Of a stretch of DNA of 64,000 nucleotides, positions 58,497-64,000 are shown one piece after another (the stretch's first letter is position 1; each line of letters begins with the position of its first letter). Position numbers and translations under genes: made by a program. The DNA is from Vampirovibrionaceae bacterium NZW_1234 (GTDB taxonomy: Bacteria; Cyanobacteriota; Vampirovibrionia; Vampirovibrionales; JAGQHJ01): assembly GCA_041697335.1 (NCBI GenBank), contig JBGUGD010000004.1, positions 1 to 64,000 on the forward strand, given 5' to 3'. Under the pieces are notes generated by a model. It made no database searches. It saw only the letters and a program-made list of their open reading frames with translations, and was not told the origin of the DNA.

Positions 58497-59899
58497 TGAC
58501 GAATCTATGGATGCCCAATGCCGTGAGCTTTCCAGGCTATACCATGCCGGTTCTCTCAGGGGGCATGGCATCTCAGCCTCTCATGACATCATCCATGTCT
58601 TCGCCTGAGATTGGGATGCCGCTGTTTAATCGTATGGTCAATGGTGCTACCGGTTATTTTCAGCAGGTTTCGGGAAAACAACGCAGTCAAGTGTCAATCT
58701 ACCTGCCCATGGGGCACACTGTTTCTACTGCTCGGACGCTTTTGTCGGGATTACTGCTTTCGGGCTCTGAAGCGACCAAGGCCTTTGTTACGCAATGCCA
58801 GTCGCGAGGGATTGATATTGGGGCTGGACCTGCCGGAGACAAGTTTCAGTTGACCGTGTCTGGTCCTGCAGGCCAGGAGAACGACTTGGTCAATGTGGCC
58901 ATGCAGCTTCTGACCCGGCCTGTTGTGGACCCACATACCTTTAATGTTTTAAAAGAGGACACCATCAAAAATGTTCAGAATGGGCAGTCAGATCCTCATG
59001 TTCCCTTGGGTGAGGCTGTTTTAAAGAAACTGTATGGCACCAATCATCCCTATGCCAAGGACAGTGCAACCATGATCCGAGAGTTAACCCAGTATAGTTT
59101 GGAAGCGGCCATGTCTGTATACCGCCAGGCTCTGGCTAATGTGGATCAGACATCACTCATCATGGTGTCTCCCCAGCCTGTTGAAACTCAACAAAATGCC
59201 CTCAATCAAGCTATTCAGGGATCAGGGTGGTTTTCGGATCCCTATCGACGGGGTCAAGCCATTCCGCCAACGCCGCCGGTATTTCCGGCAAGAGGCACTC
59301 AAGGACCGATTTTGGTTCCAAATGAAATGATTCCCCGGGCCCATATTCTTCAAGCTTGGCGGGCACCCTCACCAAACGATCCTGATTATCCTGCGTTTCG
59401 TCTTTTGCTGGAAATGCTTCGAGGTTTTTCAGGTGGGTTCTTCAAGGTGCTTAGAACCGAAAAAGGCTTAGTATATGGAACTCAGCAAAATTACAATCAG
59501 GATAAGCAGGGTTCCATGTACAGTGTGATTGCACAGGTTGATTTTGATAAGGTTGGCCCTGCCTTGCAGGGGATGCAACAGGTCATTCAGCAGGTTGTTC
59601 AAACCCCACCTTCAGAGTCAGAGCTGACTATGGCGAAGAAGAAGTACCTGCTGAATATGCGCACCGCCATGCAGACAACAGAAGGTGTCGCTTCCATTAG
59701 TGAGCATTGGCTTCAAAATGATCTCTACCCCCTTCATCCTTCAACGATTCAGCAGGCAATTGAGCGAATTACCGTGGCCGATATCCAGCGGGCTGCCAAC
59801 CGATTTCTAAATCCGGCCAACGGCTTTCAGGTTACCGGAGTCACCGCTCCGAAAGCGGTACTTTCGCAATGGTTCGGGCAACGATCGATACAAGGTTAA
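58496..59899 (+). CDS. M16 peptidase-like, non-catalytic subunit
   Basis: No HxxEH; HPYA, LRTEKGLVY; TGATG stop/start overlap with the upstream gene. Confidence 0.85.
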   Translation: MTNLWMPNAVSFPGYTMPVLSGGMASQPLMTSSMSSPEIGMPLFNRMVNGATGYFQQVSGKQRSQVSIYLPMGHTVSTARTLLSGLLLSGSEATKAFVTQCQSRGIDIGAGPAGDKFQLTVSGPAGQENDLVNVAMQLLTRPVVDPHTFNVLKEDTIKNVQNGQSDPHVPLGEAVLKKLYGTNHPYAKDSATMIRELTQYSLEAAMSVYRQALANVDQTSLIMVSPQPVETQQNALNQAIQGSGWFSDPYRRGQAIPPTPPVFPARGTQGPILVPNEMIPRAHILQAWRAPSPNDPDYPAFRLLLEMLRGFSGGFFKVLRTEKGLVYGTQQNYNQDKQGSMYSVIAQVDFDKVGPALQGMQQVIQQVVQTPPSESELTMAKKKYLLNMRTAMQTTEGVASISEHWLQNDLYPLHPSTIQQAIERITVADIQRAANRFLNPANGFQVTGVTAPKAVLSQWFGQRSIQG

Positions 59900-59964
59900 C
59901 CGTATTAAGGGAACCTTATATAAGGTAAGGCATTCATGGCTAACCGATGGGCAATCTCATCCAA

Positions 59965-60345
59965 TCAGAATCCGTCTCCATATCGGTCTGTCATGAGAGG
60001 ATCTGTGAAGAGCTTCCAAAGAATGAATTCTTTCTCTATATAAAGGAAGAAAGAAACCTGAGGCGAGCGATGTCCTGCGTAGACATCCTGAGGATTCAAA
60101 TCTGAATGGCAATTTAAATGATAATGGGGTGTTTGGAGGAGAAAATCGGGGGTTTTGAAAAATTTTTTGAGCCAAATTGTGGCAGTGAAACCGTCCTCAA
60201 ATTTTAAGTATAAAAAAGTCTGGGTTGGTCTCGCTGTAAGGGTTTTAAGGTCTTGTGACGGGGAGGTGACAATGCTCGGGACCGATAAATTTTCGGGTAT
60301 TTCGAGGATAACTTGAAAAATTAGTACTTGCGTTTTGTAAGACAA
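59965..60345 (-). CDS. Possible hypothetical protein
   Basis: 126 aa ORF filling the gap; the start overlaps the hup promoter, so the true start is uncertain. Confidence 0.35.
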   Translation of the reverse strand: MSYKTQVLIFQVILEIPENLSVPSIVTSPSQDLKTLTARPTQTFLYLKFEDGFTATIWLKKFFKTPDFLLQTPHYHLNCHSDLNPQDVYAGHRSPQVSFFLYIEKEFILWKLFTDPLMTDRYGDGF

Positions 60346-60355
60346 TCTCTATAAT
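60328..60355 (+). promoter_or_regulatory. Sigma70-type promoter of hup
   Basis: TTGCGT-N16-TATAAT. Confidence 0.5.
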
Positions 60356-60389
60356 AGGGATTAAGTTAATTGGAAAGGAGGTGTCACTT

Positions 60390-60668
60390 ATGAATAAAGA
60401 AGAATTAGTACAAGAGGTAGCAAAAAAGACGAAAGCATCCCAAAAGCAGGTTGCTGAAATCTTGACCACCGCTATCGACGTTATTGAGAAAACCGTTGCT
60501 AAAGGTAAAAAAGTTACCTTGGTTGGTTTTGGTACGTTCGAGCCTCGCAAGCGCGCTGCTCGCACCGGCCGTAACCCGCAAACCGGTAAAGAACTCAAAA
60601 TTCCCGCGAAAACTGTTCCGGCATTTTCTGCAGGTAAAAAATTCAAAGAACTCGTTTCCAAAAAGTAA
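60390..60668 (+). CDS. hup: DNA-binding protein HU
   Basis: MNKEEL, VTLVGFGTF, RAARTGRNPQTG, PAF.AGK. Confidence 0.97.
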   Translation: MNKEELVQEVAKKTKASQKQVAEILTTAIDVIEKTVAKGKKVTLVGFGTFEPRKRAARTGRNPQTGKELKIPAKTVPAFSAGKKFKELVSKK

Positions 60669-60752
60669 TTACGAGTTCATCTTTAGTATTCTACGGCCCG
60701 CTTCGGAAACGACAGCGGGTCGTTTATTTTGTCCGTATGGTAATAAATGTAT

Positions 60753-60787
60753 AAGCCGTCATCAGAGGTGACGGCTTGGCTTTTTTC
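60753..60787. terminator. Terminator between convergent hup and the HEAT-repeat gene
   Basis: AAGCCGTCA-tcagagg-TGACGGCTT followed by a T-run. Confidence 0.7.
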
Positions 60788-60801
60788 AGATTGTCCAGGC
60801 A

Positions 60802-61476
60802 TTAATTGCAGAAGCGCACAATTTTTTTAATCGCCGTTTCGGCACGCAGACGAACGTCGGGTTCTGCTTCTTGACGGGCTTTGGCTAGGATTTCAAAAAC
60901 ATCATCGGATCCAAGACCAATTTCCCCTAAGGCCCAGATACAAAGGGCAATCACGGAAACGTTACTTTCACGACGGATTGCATCGACGAGGGCAGGGACA
61001 GAGTGGGATGAACCCAGTTCCCCTAACTGCCACGCGGCAATACAGCGTGCATCGTCTTCACCGTTGGATAACAAATCAATCAGGTAAGGTTCGGCCTTGC
61101 GACCTAGTTCTCCCAAGGCTTCCGAGGCACTCGCGAAAATGGTGTTATCCTTATCTTTGAGGGCCTGAATCAGCAGGGGAGCTGCGGCCTCTTCATGGGT
61201 CATACCCAGAGCGCAGACGACATAATTGCGCACAGTGGCATTTTTATCCCGACAATGCTGCTTTAAGATTTCAAAAGGTTTGTTTCCAGCAATTTTCCCT
61301 AGCGCCAAAGCAACCCCACTCCGGATATCCGGGTTATCGTCCTCATCCTGAAGGATCTCCTCAAAGAGGGGGAAGTACTTACTTTCAAATTGTTCGACAA
61401 TAAGCAATAATGCTTGGAGTCGGGCATCTGATGTTTGCGTTTTCTCTTTTAATATCTCAATTGCATCATTGATCAT
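60802..61476 (-). CDS. HEAT/PBS-lyase repeat protein
   Basis: Repeated R...A.ALG.(I/L) units. Confidence 0.85.
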   Translation of the reverse strand: MINDAIEILKEKTQTSDARLQALLLIVEQFESKYFPLFEEILQDEDDNPDIRSGVALALGKIAGNKPFEILKQHCRDKNATVRNYVVCALGMTHEEAAAPLLIQALKDKDNTIFASASEALGELGRKAEPYLIDLLSNGEDDARCIAAWQLGELGSSHSVPALVDAIRRESNVSVIALCIWALGEIGLGSDDVFEILAKARQEAEPDVRLRAETAIKKIVRFCN

Positions 61477-61558
61477 GAAAGTGCCTCTAAGCTCTGTTCT
61501 GCTGGGTAAAACTGTGAATAGCTCAACCGTTTTTAAGGATTCATGGGAAGGATACGAC

Positions 61559-64000
61559 GTGATAGGCCATATTACTAAGGTATTTCTTGGTTTGTTGAAT
61601 CAACTGTATCGTCAAAACAAGATATGGATATCCCTTATACTGGCCATCGGGATGTGCTTCTCATCGTGGCTGAGTGTATCCAGCAACGCACAAAGCCCGG
61701 GCATCGCGGTTGTGCTCAATGAGTCGTTGAGTAGCCATGATATTCAAGAAAGCCCTCAACTTCTATCTACATTAAAGCAGTTAAATCAGAATATTTCAAC
61801 TATACAATTGAAAGAATTAACCAATTTTAAAGGAAATCTTCTGATTGTTCCTTTGAAAGATGATTCCAGTAAAGCCTTTTTGGATGAGATCCAGCGTTTA
61901 AAGGGCAGCGATATGCATTTGCTGTTGTTGCCTATGCTTTCTCGTCCGAATACACGGGTTGAACATTTTTTGGAAGCCATGGGATTTCAGATTACGCGAA
62001 CCCAGTTTATCTCTTATTCCCTTCCACTCAAAATTGATGGTGTGCCGAGCAAGACATTTTTACCGATTGGAAGCTTTGTTATTCACGCCAGTGCCACCCA
62101 AGAACCCTTAATGTATTGGGGGAATAGTTTCCCAGCTGCAGTTCGAGCCGGGAATTCGTTGCTGGTGAATTGGAATTGGTCCGGGACCTTGTCCTTTGAA
62201 TCTTTTCGGGACGTCATGAGTCGATGGGCACAAGTCGATAGAAGTCTGGTGGCGTTTGATGTTGGATCTGGTTTTTCTCAGGGGTTAAGTTCAGCAGCAT
62301 ATGCAGAAAGTAGTCGAATTATTCCTACGATGGCTGAGCAAAGTACTGTTCCCGCTAGCCAAAGTTCTGCTTCGACCCGTACATTGTGGAGTTCCGATTC
62401 GGAGCCTCCCAAGGTGACACAAATGTATGCTACACCTGCTCAGCAGGCAACTCGTGCTGCGTCATCGCCTCAACCTCAAGGAGGTCGGAATTCTACTCAG
62501 TCGGAAGAAGACAAAGATTCTAATCCTGATGAGCTCTATGACTTCGATGGCGGTAACAAGCGCGATCGACAAGCACTGGCACAATTGAGAAACTCGGAAA
62601 CTCAGACAGCTATTGCCGAATACTATAACGACCGGATGCGTGAGCTTGCGGAGTTGCAAGAAAAAGTCACCATGCTGGCTGGCCAATACATGCATGTGCC
62701 TCAAAAGCATCATCAGATTCAGGCGGCCTTAGATGCTGCGAATCAGGAGAAAAGCCGGTTTGAAACAGCCTGGTTTCAACAAAACTTTGGTGTGGCCTTA
62801 ACTGCCTATGAAAAAAGTCGCGATACCTTGATGGGTGTTCTCTTTGAAAAAATCCCTGATACCGTGATTGAAGGTCGAGCCATTTGGATGGATCGGGGCA
62901 GTATTGTAAATGCGGGCAATGAAGCGGCCCTGCGTCAGCTCATTCGTCGGGTTGCGGCGTCTGGATTTAACGTCATTTACTTTGAAACCATCAATGCGGG
63001 TTATCCCATTTATCCAAGCAGACTGGTCGAGCAAAACCCTCAGGTTAAAGGCTGGGACCCCTTGGCTGTGGCTGTCGATGAAGCACATAAGCAAGGTGTC
63101 GAACTCCATGCTTGGGTGTGGGCCTTTGCTGTGGGAAATACCCGGCATAACAAAATTCTGGGACAACCGGATTCCTTTCCGGGTCCCATCTTGAGCAAGC
63201 CTGAGTTAGCGTCTGAAGCCTTGCGCGGCCGGAATGGTGAAATGATATTGCCTGAGCAGTATGAATATTGGCTGAGCCCCGCTAGTCCTAAAGCCAGAGA
63301 GTTCTTAAGTAGCTTATATGCAGAAATTGTGCACAATTATCCTGTTGATGGCTTACAACTGGACTATATCCGATACCCTTTCCAGAAACCCAATACGCCT
63401 ATGGGATTTGAGCCCTTTGCCGCCAACCGTTTTACCGCAGAAACAGGGTTAAGCTTATCCGATCTCAACGATTATACGCTGAAAGCCTGGGATGCTTGGA
63501 AAGCCTTTCAGGTGACAACCTTTGTGCGGGAACTGTCCTATCGCTTAAAATCGATTAATCCTGAAATCAAGCTGTCGGCCGCTGTCTTTCCTTTAGCCCG
63601 GCATGGGCGGATGCTCATGATTCAGCAGGATTGGGAAACCTGGGTCCGCAATGGTTGGATTGATACATTGAACCCGATGGCCTATAGTCGCAGTGCTCGA
63701 TCGTTAGAGCGTCTGGTATCTTACGTTAACAATGTGGGCGGCGATAAAACCTTGGTCTATCCCGGGTTATCCCTGAAAAAGCTGAATGCCGTGTCCCTGT
63801 TGGATACATTGGAAATTTGCCGCAGAACCGGTGTAATGGGGACGACGCTGTTTGCCTACACCCAGTTTGATAATGACAAACAATTGCTCTTGCAGCGAGG
63901 GCCATACCGGCAGCGTAAGACTGTCCCTCCGCACCGTAATCCGCTTTCGGCTAGCGTTCAGTTGATTTCTGAAGTGGAACAGATGGTGGATAGCATGCTG
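61559..64000 (+). CDS. Secreted GHL10 (YddW/DigH-like) glycoside hydrolase, runs off the window end
   Basis: GGAAGGA RBS and GTG 61559; signal peptide; EGRAIWMD, GFNVIYFET, WDPLA..VDEAHK.G.ELHAW, DGLQLDYIRYP, QQDW..W; absent from the ORF track because it has no stop in the window. Confidence 0.85.
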   Translation, partial: MIGHITKVFLGLLNQLYRQNKIWISLILAIGMCFSSWLSVSSNAQSPGIAVVLNESLSSHDIQESPQLLSTLKQLNQNISTIQLKELTNFKGNLLIVPLKDDSSKAFLDEIQRLKGSDMHLLLLPMLSRPNTRVEHFLEAMGFQITRTQFISYSLPLKIDGVPSKTFLPIGSFVIHASATQEPLMYWGNSFPAAVRAGNSLLVNWNWSGTLSFESFRDVMSRWAQVDRSLVAFDVGSGFSQGLSSAAYAESSRIIPTMAEQSTVPASQSSASTRTLWSSDSEPPKVTQMYATPAQQATRAASSPQPQGGRNSTQSEEDKDSNPDELYDFDGGNKRDRQALAQLRNSETQTAIAEYYNDRMRELAELQEKVTMLAGQYMHVPQKHHQIQAALDAANQEKSRFETAWFQQNFGVALTAYEKSRDTLMGVLFEKIPDTVIEGRAIWMDRGSIVNAGNEAALRQLIRRVAASGFNVIYFETINAGYPIYPSRLVEQNPQVKGWDPLAVAVDEAHKQGVELHAWVWAFAVGNTRHNKILGQPDSFPGPILSKPELASEALRGRNGEMILPEQYEYWLSPASPKAREFLSSLYAEIVHNYPVDGLQLDYIRYPFQKPNTPMGFEPFAANRFTAETGLSLSDLNDYTLKAWDAWKAFQVTTFVRELSYRLKSINPEIKLSAAVFPLARHGRMLMIQQDWETWVRNGWIDTLNPMAYSRSARSLERLVSYVNNVGGDKTLVYPGLSLKKLNAVSLLDTLEICRRTGVMGTTLFAYTQFDNDKQLLLQRGPYRQRKTVPPHRNPLSASVQLISEVEQMVDSML

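Overview
Bacterial chromosomal window with no rRNA, tRNA, CRISPR array, transposase or phage gene that I can see. Several proteins look cyanobacteria-like (MgdA-type GT2, the cyanobacterial-type MFS, CsaB, a GHL10 hydrolase, a stand-alone MlaE) and no photosynthesis genes are present. I infer a non-photosynthetic Cyanobacteriota (Vampirovibrionia/Melainabacteria); this needs phylogenetic confirmation. Housekeeping genes: queG, rimP-nusA, ylxR-infB-rbfA, ogt, coaBC, tagO/wecA-like, glyA, rpiB, rmlCBD-csaB, ribD, gpmI, ilvE, mlaE, glgC, hemB, gmhB and hup. Most notable: (1) at 1-4594, the 3' end of a Pro-poor, Tyr-tailed collagen-like gene followed by an Fe(II)/2OG dioxygenase, a methyltransferase and two paralogous GT2s, a candidate collagen hydroxylation/glycosylation system; (2) dispersed orphan proteins and enzymes with non-Sec low-complexity N-terminal leaders, several containing an (R/K/S)F(S/G) motif, including two paralogous precursor-like membrane peptides; (3) an MFS-GT28-MgdA candidate glycolipid cluster; (4) a PilM-PilN fusion operon flanked by gmhB and a formyltransferase; (5) a hairpin-rich intergenic region that may encode an ncRNA. 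All calls come from motif recognition by eye; no searches were run.
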